Assembly (NCBI GenBank): GCA_040389905.1
Contig: JAZJZK010000011.1
Coordinates: 9,042 to 73,041, forward strand
DNA length: 64,000 bases
DNA from: Gemmatimonadota bacterium
GTDB lineage: Bacteria > Gemmatimonadota > Gemmatimonadetes > Gemmatimonadales > Gemmatimonadaceae
Direction of reading: 5' to 3'
Shown: positions 28,888-39,347 of the stretch, piece after piece
How positions within the stretch are numbered: position 1 is the first letter of the stretch
Layout of the letters: each line of letters starts with the position of its first letter
The notes under the pieces: generated by a model
Database searches by the model: none
What the model saw: the letters and a program-made list of their open reading frames with translations, nothing else
Told to the model about the DNA's origin: nothing
Translations under genes and position numbers: made by a program

Positions 28888-31449
28888 TCAAGAGGCTGGC
28901 AACCGAGACACGAGTTCTTCGAACTGTTTGCCGACCTCCGGCCCCCACTGGCGTCGGGCGAATGGACTGGTGCGGTAGTCGTCCGCAGCGCGCCCCATGT
29001 TCTTCCACTTCAGTGGATCAGTGCCTTTTCGGAGGCCCTTGCCGTCCACCAACTGACGGATCTTGTTGGACAATTCGATGCTCGTTCCGAGTGCGTCCGG
29101 CGAGAATAGGAAGTCCGCGCCCGATGTTGTCCGCCAATTGTGGTTGGCTGATGCTTCGTGCAGGTCCTCGAGAGCAGCCGGCGCCTTGACGACTCTGGCG
29201 TTGGAGACGTCGACGTATTCGGCCCACGTAGCTTCCAGAAGTTGATCCCCTCGACCTTTGACGAAGACCGAGGGGGCACCGGACCAGGATAGCACGAGGT
29301 CGGTCTTCGCTCTCGTCATGGCGACATAGAACCGAGCCAGATCGCGAAAGAGTTCGGAGTCTGGGGCACTCCCGTCTGGGATGATCCCAAATGAGCAATT
29401 GACGATGCATACCAAATCAAACTCGAATCCTTTTGTCTGTTCGAGATCAGACAGGAAGATACTGCCTTCATCAATGTCGATCGATCCGTCCAGTACTTGA
29501 AGACCAATATCGGCACCGTACTGACAAAGCTCGTAATACGAATGGCCACACACAGCGATACAAATCTTGGCGTCAGGCGTCGTCGCGAGTCTTTCCTCGG
29601 ACAGTTGAATGGCGGCTGTTAGTTCGTTGGACAGTGAAGACCCTTCGAGAAGAAGCGGTGTTCCGCCATTGAATTGCGAATACTCCGGATCGAGAATGGG
29701 CAAGTCCTCACGGTCCTGCATTTCTTCCGTCATGTGATCCGTCAAAATCGAATGCGCGATCGCGAGAATCTCGCGACTATTCCGGTAGTTCAGATCAAGG
29801 CGACGTGATCGAGCACTCGGGATGTCGATGCCAATCTCACGAAAGTGTTGGTACTTCGATGTTACGGCCTGTGCGGCATCTCCGGTGAAGAAGAGGTCGT
29901 TGGCGTCTGGCTTCACGAGTGCTCGGACAATCCGCAACTCTACGTTGCCGAGATCCTGTACCTCATCCACCAATGCGCAGCGATACTGCGGTGACACCGA
30001 CGCGATCCTTTGGGACACGGCCTGAGCCAACGCTAGTAGATCCCTGACGCCCACGGCGTCCATCTTCGCGGCCCAACCCTCCGCTCCCTCGAGAACGACT
30101 TGTCGGAAAGGCGTGGAAAGCGGAACTGTACGTCCCCTCCGTTTGACTCGTTCCGGATCGAGATAGGTGTCGCGCTCTGACTCCGGCAGCGCAGAGCGCA
30201 GCCAGTCAATTTCTTCGCGTATGTACGCGTCCGGAGTCCATCCCCGCGCTAGGAGGTGATCGTGAAGAGGTTGAAGAACTGACGCATCGGGATTGTTGTT
30301 CTCGCAACGGTAATACTCAAGCCAGATCTCATCGACGTGTTCGTCGTGCTTCCAGGTAGTCTCCCGATACTTCCGGCTTCCGCGCGGATCGAATGTCAGC
30401 ATCAGGTCACGGCACAACTCATAGAACGGCTTCACTGTGATTCGCTCGGCCTCCGCCGAATCGCAGGACTCTGCGATGAGCATACGAATGAGCCGAGCCA
30501 ATGCTGGATTCAGAGTGAGGACGAGAATGCTTTCGCCGGGATAGGCTCTCGCCAAGCGAACGGCGCGCCGGACAACCACGCACGTCTTGCCCGAACCAGA
30601 TACTCCCACGAGCTTCGCGGAACCGGCGAAGTCCTCGTCCGCGACGGCGTCCTGTGCCGGGTGCATGAAGAGCATCCAATCACGGTACCGTGCCGTGCGC
30701 ATGAACCGAGAAAGGGCTTCCTTGTAGACGGTTGAGGTAGGGTCAATTCTTCGAATGACCTCACTGTCAACCAAAGCGGGCAAGTCCTCGATGCGTATCG
30801 ATTCAAGGGGCTTCGCAATTCCGAGGAACAGCTGTGCTCGGAGGGAGGCCTCGGCGGCCTTGCCAGACCGCAGGAGCGCTAAGACATCAAACAGGGCCAG
30901 TCTCAGGGCATCGCTGTCAACCCGCGCGAGAATCTCCCACATCTCACCGTCCGTGACGTGAGCCTCGAGTGCCTCGAGCTCGCGCACCTTGCTGCGATGC
31001 AGTCCGGCAATGAGCTGATCAAATAGCGCCTCTGGCAGCCTTTGATAGAGTTTCCCTGCCGCACGAGAACTTGCCAAACCGAGGCCACTCTCGTCGATGG
31101 ATTCCCACGTTGCCGTGACTACGCCAGTCTCCGATACCACGGGCAGCAGTCCGCGATTCGTATCAAGCCAGCTGTCGCACTCCTCGTGACTGCCGCAGAA
31201 CAGAAGTATCCACGTATCGCCAACCCTGACCGTGACGAGTCGGCAAAAGTTCTCGAGATCGAATTTCACGCAGTTCTTGATGCGCTTTTCGCCCTTCTTC
31301 GTTTGACGAAGTGAGGCGAACGGGTCATCACCGAGGTATGCGCCGCCGACCACACCACGGACCTCCTCTGCGGCCTTTTGAAAACGACCGCCCTTGCGCC
31401 ACAGCGCATTCAGTGCGCGACCAAAGTCACGATAGCAGCGAACGGTCAT
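28888..31449 (-). CDS. UvrD/Rep SF1 helicase with N-terminal RelE/ParE-like domain
   Basis: GVSGSGKT, VDEVQD, GDAAQ, NYRN, KGFEFD, YVAMTRAK; N-terminal RLVTV...LLFCGSHEECDSW. Confidence 0.85.
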   Translation of the reverse strand: MTVRCYRDFGRALNALWRKGGRFQKAAEEVRGVVGGAYLGDDPFASLRQTKKGEKRIKNCVKFDLENFCRLVTVRVGDTWILLFCGSHEECDSWLDTNRGLLPVVSETGVVTATWESIDESGLGLASSRAAGKLYQRLPEALFDQLIAGLHRSKVRELEALEAHVTDGEMWEILARVDSDALRLALFDVLALLRSGKAAEASLRAQLFLGIAKPLESIRIEDLPALVDSEVIRRIDPTSTVYKEALSRFMRTARYRDWMLFMHPAQDAVADEDFAGSAKLVGVSGSGKTCVVVRRAVRLARAYPGESILVLTLNPALARLIRMLIAESCDSAEAERITVKPFYELCRDLMLTFDPRGSRKYRETTWKHDEHVDEIWLEYYRCENNNPDASVLQPLHDHLLARGWTPDAYIREEIDWLRSALPESERDTYLDPERVKRRGRTVPLSTPFRQVVLEGAEGWAAKMDAVGVRDLLALAQAVSQRIASVSPQYRCALVDEVQDLGNVELRIVRALVKPDANDLFFTGDAAQAVTSKYQHFREIGIDIPSARSRRLDLNYRNSREILAIAHSILTDHMTEEMQDREDLPILDPEYSQFNGGTPLLLEGSSLSNELTAAIQLSEERLATTPDAKICIAVCGHSYYELCQYGADIGLQVLDGSIDIDEGSIFLSDLEQTKGFEFDLVCIVNCSFGIIPDGSAPDSELFRDLARFYVAMTRAKTDLVLSWSGAPSVFVKGRGDQLLEATWAEYVDVSNARVVKAPAALEDLHEASANHNWRTTSGADFLFSPDALGTSIELSNKIRQLVDGKGLRKGTDPLKWKNMGRAADDYRTSPFARRQWGPEVGKQFEELVSRLPAS

Positions 31450-31601
31450 TTAATCACCGACGGGGTTGGCAGATGACGACGACACTCTTCGCGCAGAAGG
31501 CTCCAAGTCCGATCGAGACGGTATGCGAAGACAGGAAACGCGCAGCGATGAGAAACGGCCAAGAAATAGGGTTTATCAGCTGCGACTCGGGCATGCCGGC
31601 A

Positions 31602-32237
31602 TTAGTCCCATTTCACACGCACCCACTCGCGCAGCCAGAGGCTTGCGCCGTCAGAGCTGTCTTCGATGCATCTCAGGCGACGGAGCGTCGTCAAACTTCG
31701 CTGAAGCCTCGCCGGAGTAACCCCAGGATGATTGAAGCGACTGACGACGTCGTTTACCCGACTAGGCAGTTTGGCAATGGCAACAAGGTTATCGGGAGTG
31801 CGCAACGTCCAAAGCGCCCAGAGAACGATTGCATCCTCCTCCTCAATATTCGTGTCGAGCAATGCCCACATCTTGTTCCAAATTATTAGGCCAGCCAAAG
31901 GAGCCGTCCAAGGCACTTGGGCCACGCCGAGCGCTGCGAGCGTCGATTCACTCAGGTCGACGATCAGGCGGCGCCAGCTCAACACGATATTACCGGCCTT
32001 CCTGCTCGTTGCGCCGCCTACTCCGCCACTGCGCATGACGATGAGTTCCATGCGCAGCGGCGCCATGGATGTTGAGTACTCTGGTGGCGTAATAGTGCAA
32101 AACGCGTCAACCACCGCCTCTACGAGGCGGGACTGAGCTCCGCTTGCTAACGGGATGCCATCGCAGAGCCTGACCAACTCGGCGCGTTTCGCTGTAGTCA
32201 TGCCAGATCTCTGCTGGGGTTGTGATTGGGGCTGCAT
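31602..32237 (-). CDS. Hypothetical protein
   Basis: 211-aa ORF with a hydrophobic segment and a possible C-terminal winged helix. Confidence 0.55.
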   Translation of the reverse strand: MQPQSQPQQRSGMTTAKRAELVRLCDGIPLASGAQSRLVEAVVDAFCTITPPEYSTSMAPLRMELIVMRSGGVGGATSRKAGNIVLSWRRLIVDLSESTLAALGVAQVPWTAPLAGLIIWNKMWALLDTNIEEEDAIVLWALWTLRTPDNLVAIAKLPSRVNDVVSRFNHPGVTPARLQRSLTTLRRLRCIEDSSDGASLWLREWVRVKWD

Positions 32238-32877
32238 GAGGGCTGGCCGCTATAGTCTGCTGTCCGGCGCCACCAGCGGACTGCGAACTCAGTTATTAGC
32301 CTGGACTTTCTTGGGCAAACGGCTGTAAAGCATAGCAGCCGCCGCGCCACAGTCAACCGAAAGGGCACGGCACAACCCACGCGAGCGAACGGCTCACGGC
32401 AGGGTAGACGACTAGCTTTGCACTGCGACCGCTCGATCAGAGCGACACCACCATGAGCAGGCGTGGTGACGCCAGGATCGCACGGCGCTGGGCAGCGCGA
32501 AACCGGCCTCTGTCGGCGCATTGCGCGCGTACCGGCATCGGGAGCATTGGCGCCTGAATGAGTGCGGCCGAAACAAGCCTCGGCATGGTGGTCCAGCGCT
32601 TCTGTCCCCTAAGTGGTTTTAGGAGACAGAAGTGGAACTAGGGGACGACATGCCGGGCATGACGCACCATCTGACCCATGTATTGGGCCGAATCCGCTTT
32701 CGATTCGGTGGAGGCGTGAAGTGATCGTCCAATCAGCTCCAGAAAGCACCCCTCTTGGTTTACTTCCCGAGAACGTGGATCTAAAAAAAAGTAGTTCTGC
32801 CCTCCCTTGCTCCAACCATCCCCCCTTACAGGGGGAGTAGTTTGGATTGGAGCTACGAGTGTGTGGCCCCCCGGAGT

Positions 32878-34650
32878 CTACGCAGCCGCTTCGCTCAACT
32901 CCCCGAAGGAATCTCCGGTGTCGGACGAAGCTGTTGATCGGAAGAGCTTGCCGTCCTGTCGCACAAGCTGATTCCGAAGAAGCCGTTTCTTGCTCTCGTG
33001 GTATGAACTGGGGCGCAGGTGACAGGCGGCGAGCCATGCTGCGGAGCTCGCACCCTCAGGGGCCAACGCGAGAAGCGCTTTGTGATCGTTCGTTGAAAGC
33101 GTACTGCGCTTTTGCGGCTTGCCGGCTGGAATGAGCACCGCGCTCGACGCCACGTCGGTAATCTGAAGCATGAAATCTTCAAATTCTGCGGCGTCCTTCT
33201 GCTTCGTACAGCTGACGGTGACGACGGCGGCGTTGTTCGATCGCCGGAGAGCAATGGTCGTGTCGGCTGCAGCCTCGAGGGCGCTTGACCCACGGATCTG
33301 CGAATCGTTCTTGCGCGCGTGATGGACGAGCAGCACAAGGCCTCCGGCGGCCTCCCGAATGCGGTCGGCTGCCTGAATGACGCGCCCCATGTCCGCTGAC
33401 CGATTCTCGTCGAGACCAGGCGCGCATCGGGCCAACGTATCGATTACCACGATGGCCGAACGACTCGGAAGCTCCCGGATGAAGTCGGCGATCGCGTGTT
33501 CGGAACCGAGCTCCACCATGGAAGGAACAACTGTAAATGGAAGCGAGCTTGGATCTACGCCATGGTGGGTGCACCACGCCGATACCCGCTTCGCCATCTG
33601 TCCCACGTTGCCTTCGGCAGCGACATAGACTGCCGCCCCCTGTCGGACGGCCCGCCCGTTCCATGGAATCCCGGCTGCGACACAGAGCGCAATATCGAGC
33701 GCGAGAAAGCTTTTGTACGACGCCGGCGGCGCGTACATGATCGCCAACGACTCGCAAACCAGTAGCTCTTCCACGAGCCACTCGGTTGGCGGGAACGTGG
33801 CCAGCTCGTCCATCGTGTGGAATTGGTAGCGACGAGGTGGTGTTGGTGAAGAGAACAGACTTGGTTGAAGCTCAAAAAGCGCCGCGTTCGCCACGAGCAC
33901 CTCAAGCTCTTCTCGTCTCCCTCCCGCAGCAATCCAGTCCGAAACGTCTCCCTTCTCTGGCAAGCCGGGAAGCTGCACGATGCGAATCTCTCGTGCGACC
34001 CCGATCAACGCTGTCGCGACCGCCAGCGCGTGTCGTTGCCCGGTCTCGTCGTTGTCCGGAAGAATTGTCACCACCGCATGGCGCAGGGCATCGGAGTACT
34101 CGGGTCGCCATCTTCCTGCGCCTCCGCAATTCGTTGTGGCCGTCAACCCGAGGCCTGCGACGTTCTCGGCGTCCTTTTCCCCCTCGACAATGAAGATCTG
34201 TCGCCCGAGCGCAACCGCTTCAATGACTGCTGGCAGGCGATACAGCACGTGACGAACACCTTGTGTGTTCCACACAGTCTTCCCATTTGGACCGAGGTGT
34301 CTTTGCATGAAACGGTTGCCGGCGTACCGAAGCACCTCATGTTGCAGGACGTCGTTCTCATCTACGTAGGGGTAGACGGCGGAAGGCTCCTCGTGGCGTG
34401 AGTAGGTTCCTTGCTCCTGAGCTGGATAGAGATCCGACATCGTGCATTGCACGGCTGCAACGATCGCTTCAGTGGAGCAGTTGGCATGGCAACGGAGTAG
34501 AATCGTTCCCTCATGCGTCAGCTTGACACTGAGACTGGGCTTCGTGTCCGCATGCGCGGGACAGAGCACCGACCACGAGGGACCGGACCCTTCTACTTGT
34601 AGGGCGCTGAGAACGGGCGAACGGAGCGCTTGTGCGATTTCGAGTTGCAT
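32878..34650 (-). CDS. Primase-helicase: Zn-finger, TOPRIM and RecA-type AAA (AAA_25/RepA-like) domains
   Basis: CPAHAD...CHANC; VEGEKDA, PDND, GDVSDW; APPASYKS, VIDTL, VHHARK, RGSSAL. Confidence 0.88.
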   Translation of the reverse strand: MQLEIAQALRSPVLSALQVEGSGPSWSVLCPAHADTKPSLSVKLTHEGTILLRCHANCSTEAIVAAVQCTMSDLYPAQEQGTYSRHEEPSAVYPYVDENDVLQHEVLRYAGNRFMQRHLGPNGKTVWNTQGVRHVLYRLPAVIEAVALGRQIFIVEGEKDAENVAGLGLTATTNCGGAGRWRPEYSDALRHAVVTILPDNDETGQRHALAVATALIGVAREIRIVQLPGLPEKGDVSDWIAAGGRREELEVLVANAALFELQPSLFSSPTPPRRYQFHTMDELATFPPTEWLVEELLVCESLAIMYAPPASYKSFLALDIALCVAAGIPWNGRAVRQGAAVYVAAEGNVGQMAKRVSAWCTHHGVDPSSLPFTVVPSMVELGSEHAIADFIRELPSRSAIVVIDTLARCAPGLDENRSADMGRVIQAADRIREAAGGLVLLVHHARKNDSQIRGSSALEAAADTTIALRRSNNAAVVTVSCTKQKDAAEFEDFMLQITDVASSAVLIPAGKPQKRSTLSTNDHKALLALAPEGASSAAWLAACHLRPSSYHESKKRLLRNQLVRQDGKLFRSTASSDTGDSFGELSEAAA

Positions 34651-34908
34651 GTGTTCCTGGGACGAGCCCTGCCGTGAGGCAGAGCTGGTGGCTTGCGTAG
34701 TTTCGATTGCAATCGCGAAATTGCATCGCTACGTATTAGAGCCACCGCCGCCCTGAGAACCTTACACTACTCGCGTCAACAAGGCCGACAGTGAGCTTTG
34801 TCGCTCGGCCTCGCGGGACCCAGGAACGCCTGCGTTGGTTGGAATCCGCCGCAACTCCACGGCAAGCGATCGGCGCGTACCCACGTCCGAATTCGTGAGT
34901 CCAGCGAT

Positions 34909-35148
34909 CTAGGTCTGCTGCTCCTCATCGAGCGCAACCCCGAACTCAGTCCAACTCACCCGAAGAGCGGCCAGCCACCGGCTGAGCGACTCGAAGCTTG
35001 GATTTCGTTCACCGCGTTCGACGCCTCCGATGTAGTTCCGGTGGAGCTCGGCGGAAAACCCGAGTGTTTCCTGGGAAAGCTGTTGTCGCTCTCGAAAAGC
35101 GCGCAGTACAGCGCCGAGTGCCCTGCGATGGTTCCGGTCGGATTGCAC
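34909..35148 (-). CDS. XRE-family regulator resembling R-M controller (C) proteins
   Basis: LSQETLGFSAELHRNYIGGVERGERNPS; GTG start at 35148. Confidence 0.85.
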   Translation of the reverse strand: MQSDRNHRRALGAVLRAFRERQQLSQETLGFSAELHRNYIGGVERGERNPSFESLSRWLAALRVSWTEFGVALDEEQQT

Positions 35149-35170
35149 CCGACACGGATCGCATCTTGCC

Positions 35171-35199
35171 CAGTATGAAGTCCACACACTATGAGTGTG
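35171..35199 (-). promoter_or_regulatory. C-box-like double operator
   Basis: ACACT-CAT-AGTGT-GT-GGACT-TCA-TACTG about 22 nt upstream of the C-like gene. Confidence 0.6.
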
Positions 35200-35324
35200 A
35201 TCCACCGACAGACGTCCGTGAACCCGAGCCGCAGGATCGCAAGCGATTTCGAGACGCCGGCTGAGCGACCCTTCCAACCACCTGCGAATCAAACGGCAAT
35301 TCAGTTGAACGAACGTGTTTCGAT

Positions 35325-35939
35325 ATGAGCCCTCCCGGCCGCACTCCTCGGCCTTGGCCGGACGTACCGAGGCTACTCAGGAAACGACGGGACTTCCTTG
35401 AGCTCGGGGATCGCAACTTGGCGACCTCCGTGACGGCGTTCTTGGCTTGGAAAGCCTACCTGATTGTGGCGCGGGGCAGTGTCAACGGCCCCGAGAAGGT
35501 GCAGTGCGGGCGCCTCGCGACCTTGATGCTGGGCAAGTTCGACGAGCTATGGCCCACTGCGGCAGCATTCGCCAAAGCGCTCAAGCCGCTGACCGTAGCG
35601 TCCGCCGTTGAACTCACTGACTGGTACGCGGACCCATCACTCCCAGCAAAGACAATTGACAAGCGCGTGCGGTGGGCGAAACGGTCAATCGCGAGCGTGA
35701 ACGCCGCTGTGGAGAGGCAGGCTCGCGGCGACGCTCTGGCGGAGGAGCTGGCGGACCACGCGTATGCGATTCGGAGCGCTGTACTGGCGCACGGGGCGAT
35801 TCACTCGACTGGAAACCGATTTCAAGTGATCGTCCCCCTTTTCGAGGAATTCACGAGTCGCATTGCATGTGCCGGCTATGCAGACCGTGCGGAAATATCC
35901 CTGCAGGATGCATTCGAGGAGTGTCGTGTCGTCACCTAG
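35325..35939 (+). CDS. Hypothetical protein, possible HEPN RNase
   Basis: Helical protein with AYAIRSAVLAHG (Rx5H) motif near the C-terminus. Confidence 0.55.
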   Translation: MSPPGRTPRPWPDVPRLLRKRRDFLELGDRNLATSVTAFLAWKAYLIVARGSVNGPEKVQCGRLATLMLGKFDELWPTAAAFAKALKPLTVASAVELTDWYADPSLPAKTIDKRVRWAKRSIASVNAAVERQARGDALAEELADHAYAIRSAVLAHGAIHSTGNRFQVIVPLFEEFTSRIACAGYADRAEISLQDAFEECRVVT

Positions 35940-37002
35940 GCGCAAGTCAGTGGGCCGCTTCACCCTTGAGAGCATTCTCGGTCGTGGCGCCCAGGGCGAA
36001 GTATGGCGGGCGAAATCCGATGATGGCGATTTCGTCGCACTCAAGTTGTTCCCGCTTGGATTCGACGAAGATCGCGTCAACGACTTGCGGCGCCGTGTCA
36101 GTCGGGAGGTGACCGCATTGAAAGGCGTGGAGAATGCGGCGATTGTCAAAGCACTGGAGATGGGAGAGGACGGCGACCAGCTGTTTGTCGCGTACGAATT
36201 GATCGACGGCGAGGATCTTCATGTAGCGCTTCGCGCACCCATGCCTCCGAGCACGGCCGATTGCTTGTCCCTGCTCAAGGGACTTGCTCCTGGGCTCGAC
36301 GCGATCCATTCAGCAGGCCTGCTCCATCGCGATCTGAAACCGAGCAACATCGTTCTGCGGGGAAGAAGCTGGTCCGCGCCGGTGATTGTAGACTTCGGCT
36401 ATGTGAAGCAGGTGGCGGCGTCCAGACTGACGATGACGGGATTTGCCGTCGGAACATCTGGATACTTGGCTCCCGAGGTATCAGCAGATCCCAAGAACTG
36501 CTCGGTCGCTTCAGATCAGTGGAGTCTCGCGCAGGTGATCACGGAAGTACTGACAGTTGCCTTGGCCATGAATCTGACGGACTTCACCACGTCCGAAGAG
36601 ATGCGGACGGCATGTGAGGACGATGCTCCGAATGCCTCTGCGATCCTCGCAACCGCTGGTCATAGCCAGCCCACTCAACGGTTCTCAAGCGTGGTAGCGT
36701 TTGCGGATGCGTTCCGGGCCGCCCTCATCCGCGACGAACTGATCGAGTTGTCCAGCGAACCTGCGACCTCCGTGTCGGACTGGAGCGAGGAGGAGTCGCT
36801 GGTCGCGTATTTCTCGCGACTCGGCTGTCAAATTGCCGCCGACAAGAGGCCCAGTGGATCATTGTGGATCATCGGTGACTTCGAGACGTTGAACGCCGCC
36901 GCTAATCAGCTCGCGCCACGTGGCGTTGCGCTTCGGTTTGCCTCGGGCGGAGGGCGCGCCACGAAGTACACATCTGGCTGGTGGACACAGTCGGCCAAGT
37001 AG
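35926..37002 (+). CDS. Hanks-type Ser/Thr protein kinase with a small C-terminal domain
   Basis: GAGGAG RBS before GTG; GRGAQG, ALK, HRDLKPSN, DFG, YLAPE. Confidence 0.9.
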   Translation: MSSPRRKSVGRFTLESILGRGAQGEVWRAKSDDGDFVALKLFPLGFDEDRVNDLRRRVSREVTALKGVENAAIVKALEMGEDGDQLFVAYELIDGEDLHVALRAPMPPSTADCLSLLKGLAPGLDAIHSAGLLHRDLKPSNIVLRGRSWSAPVIVDFGYVKQVAASRLTMTGFAVGTSGYLAPEVSADPKNCSVASDQWSLAQVITEVLTVALAMNLTDFTTSEEMRTACEDDAPNASAILATAGHSQPTQRFSSVVAFADAFRAALIRDELIELSSEPATSVSDWSEEESLVAYFSRLGCQIAADKRPSGSLWIIGDFETLNAAANQLAPRGVALRFASGGGRATKYTSGWWTQSAK

Positions 37003-38092
37003 CGCACCGAGAGAGTGGACCGACAGTCGAGCATTTACCCGTACGGCTACCCCAACGCTCACCATAAGCCGTCGCGCAAGGCTGCTAACACGATAGCCAT
37101 ATCGAGGTTCCTCGAATTTATCCGCGAGCCTGTGATCGCCGCCAACGCTCTCGACGCAGGACGCCGAGCCCCTACCGCTCATCCTGCTAGACAGCACTGC
37201 CCGGCGTCTGCTCGCGCAGCACCAGTACTTCTAGCACGCGAGGGCGCACGGCCGGAGGAACTCCTCGATCTCGACTAGCGTCGGCACCGGCACTGGATCG
37301 CGACAACGTGTCAAACGGTGAGTATGGACAGAAGGTCGACGTCGTGCGCGCATTTGTAAGTCGCGAGTTTGATCACGAAGCCTTGCATGCCCTCGCCGTC
37401 GCGCTCGGAGCAAGCGTGGCGTACTGGGAGATCGAGTTTCCCGAGGATGAGGCCGACGTCGTCGACCCAGACTTCGACGACATCGAGTACGCCTGATCAC
37501 AATACAAGTCGGCGATCGCGGCATCATGGACAAGTTCATCCACCCACGCGGCCCCGTCTGCCACCCGCTTTTTCAGGGCAGAGGGCGCCGACCTACCGCA
37601 TAGCGCCTGGACGCGGTGTGTAGCAGCTGCAGCTCGCACCACCCTCTGCTGAGGCCGTCATGATTCGCAGTTGTTCCATCGGCGAGGTGTAAGGTTTCGG
37701 TGCGCCCGGTAGCTATAAGATGAACGCGCTTGCGTTCCGATTGTCCATAATACGACCTACATAGTTGGACGGCTTACACTCCGGAAGCCGGCAGTACGGG
37801 CGCTACACGATTGTGTACGTCGGTGCAGGCCGCTACCGGGAGTTGTACGACGTATTTGCGTGTCAACGCTTGGAGTGAACGCACACTTCAGCCGACTGAC
37901 GACGTCGCTCCGTACCTCCACGCCACTGCAGCGAGAAAAACACTCTCGAGCTGCTGGGCGGACGCACGTCCTTCATCCTCTCGGCGGGAGAAAACCTCTG
38001 AGGGGGGCAGTTCCAAGAGGGGGGAGTGTTGTTCTCCTTCCGGATTGACCAGCGGTCCTAGACTGCTCCGGATTGCTTAAGTACGTCAGTTC

Positions 38093-38145
38093 GTAGTTCA
38101 GTTTGCGAACTGAGTACAGCAGTAGGTAGTTCAGTATGCGAACTG
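38093..38145. repeat. Two 20-bp iteron-like direct repeats, 33-bp period
   Basis: gtagttcagtttgcgaactg and gtagttcagtatgcgaactg. Confidence 0.65.
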
Positions 38146-38328
38146 CAAGAAGAAGTGAAGAAAACGACTCAAACGACCCGATGGCCGCCAACCTCATGCA
38201 GTGAACCGCACCAGTTGACCATGAAGGCGCCGCTGCTAGGCGGGCGATATGCGAGCGTGTACGCCGGGCTGGACAGCGCTTCAGGTTCCATCGATTCGGC
38301 AGACGAGGTGGCCCTGCTCCTGGGCACG

Positions 38329-39347
38329 TCACCGGAGCATTGTCGGCACCGCGTGGCAGTGCTCGATCAGCTGGGCCTCGTTACAGCGGTTGGTGTAACC
38401 CGTCAGTTGAGTCGGTGGAGTGTAACGAACCCTCCGGAGCGTGCCGCGCGAAGACATCGCGGTGGACCGCCAGCGACCCGCCGTCGTACCTAAATCCGGC
38501 AATACCATCACGATATGGTACAGCGTCAACACCTTCTTGTACCCGTACCCATCACTCCACTCGTACGTCGACCCCGACCGCACGATGTGCATCATGCTGA
38601 AGCCCTGCATCACCAACTCGGTGGGCGCGGGGTAATGCTTGCCGCGAATCGCGGGCAGCCCATGGGCTTTGAATTTCGCGCGTTGCTCGTCTGAGATGAG
38701 TGTTCGGGCCAGCAGCCAGCGGTAGATGTTGAATTGCCACACGTGATCGTCCTGCAGGTGCTTCGAGAATGTGCCGTCCTTCGTGCCTTTGACGGTCATC
38801 TCGGCCTTCTTGTCGGCCATGCTCTTCTGGTCGACGTATTGGCGCCGGTAGGGGTTATACGCGTCGGCGGTGCCGTTGATCGTCACCTCGAGACACCGCG
38901 TACTGTCCCATTCCCCATGAACTCCTGTACCGTTTGCCCGTCCTCGAGCACACGCGCTGCGAACACCGGTGCGGGGTGGTCGGGATACTGGAGCGTCGCG
39001 CTCATCTTGAGCTCTTGAATCCAGCCGAACTTGTCGATGAACCCGGCCGCGTCTTCGCAGAGACGGTGGGCCAGCGTGCCTCGGAACGGCCAGAACTTCT
39101 TCTGCGGCAGCTCGTAGTACGGCTCGAAGCGCTCCAGCACCGTCTGCCGCATGCAGTTCGTGCCGGCGATCATCGAGGCGCTGATGTAATCGGTCTTGTG
39201 GTAATTGTCCTGGTCCGCTTGCCACAGCGCGCCAAGTAGAGGAGCGGTGACACAGGGGTGTTTGCAGCCCTCGAGACAGTACTCGATCTTGTTCTGCCGG
39301 CCGGGGCTCTCACCGCCAGGCGGGCAGACGAATCCAGCGAGAGGCAT
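38329..39347 (-). pseudogene. Frameshifted phage PD-(D/E)XK (Cas4/RecB-like) nuclease
   Basis: ISASMI..CMRQ and GTLAH in one frame; GTADAY, DQKS and WQFNIYRWLL in another; switch near 38915. Confidence 0.7.

Noticed and set aside
37015..37496. Two small ORFs after the kinase
   Set aside because: No motifs or clear RBS; possibly gene fragments, not supportable as CDS
37735..37775. dif- or integron attI-like site (ttgtccataatacgacctacatagttggac)
   Set aside because: The XerD arm does not match; a GTTRRRY is present, but there is no intI and no convincing attC array (attC-like words near 55605 are too degenerate)
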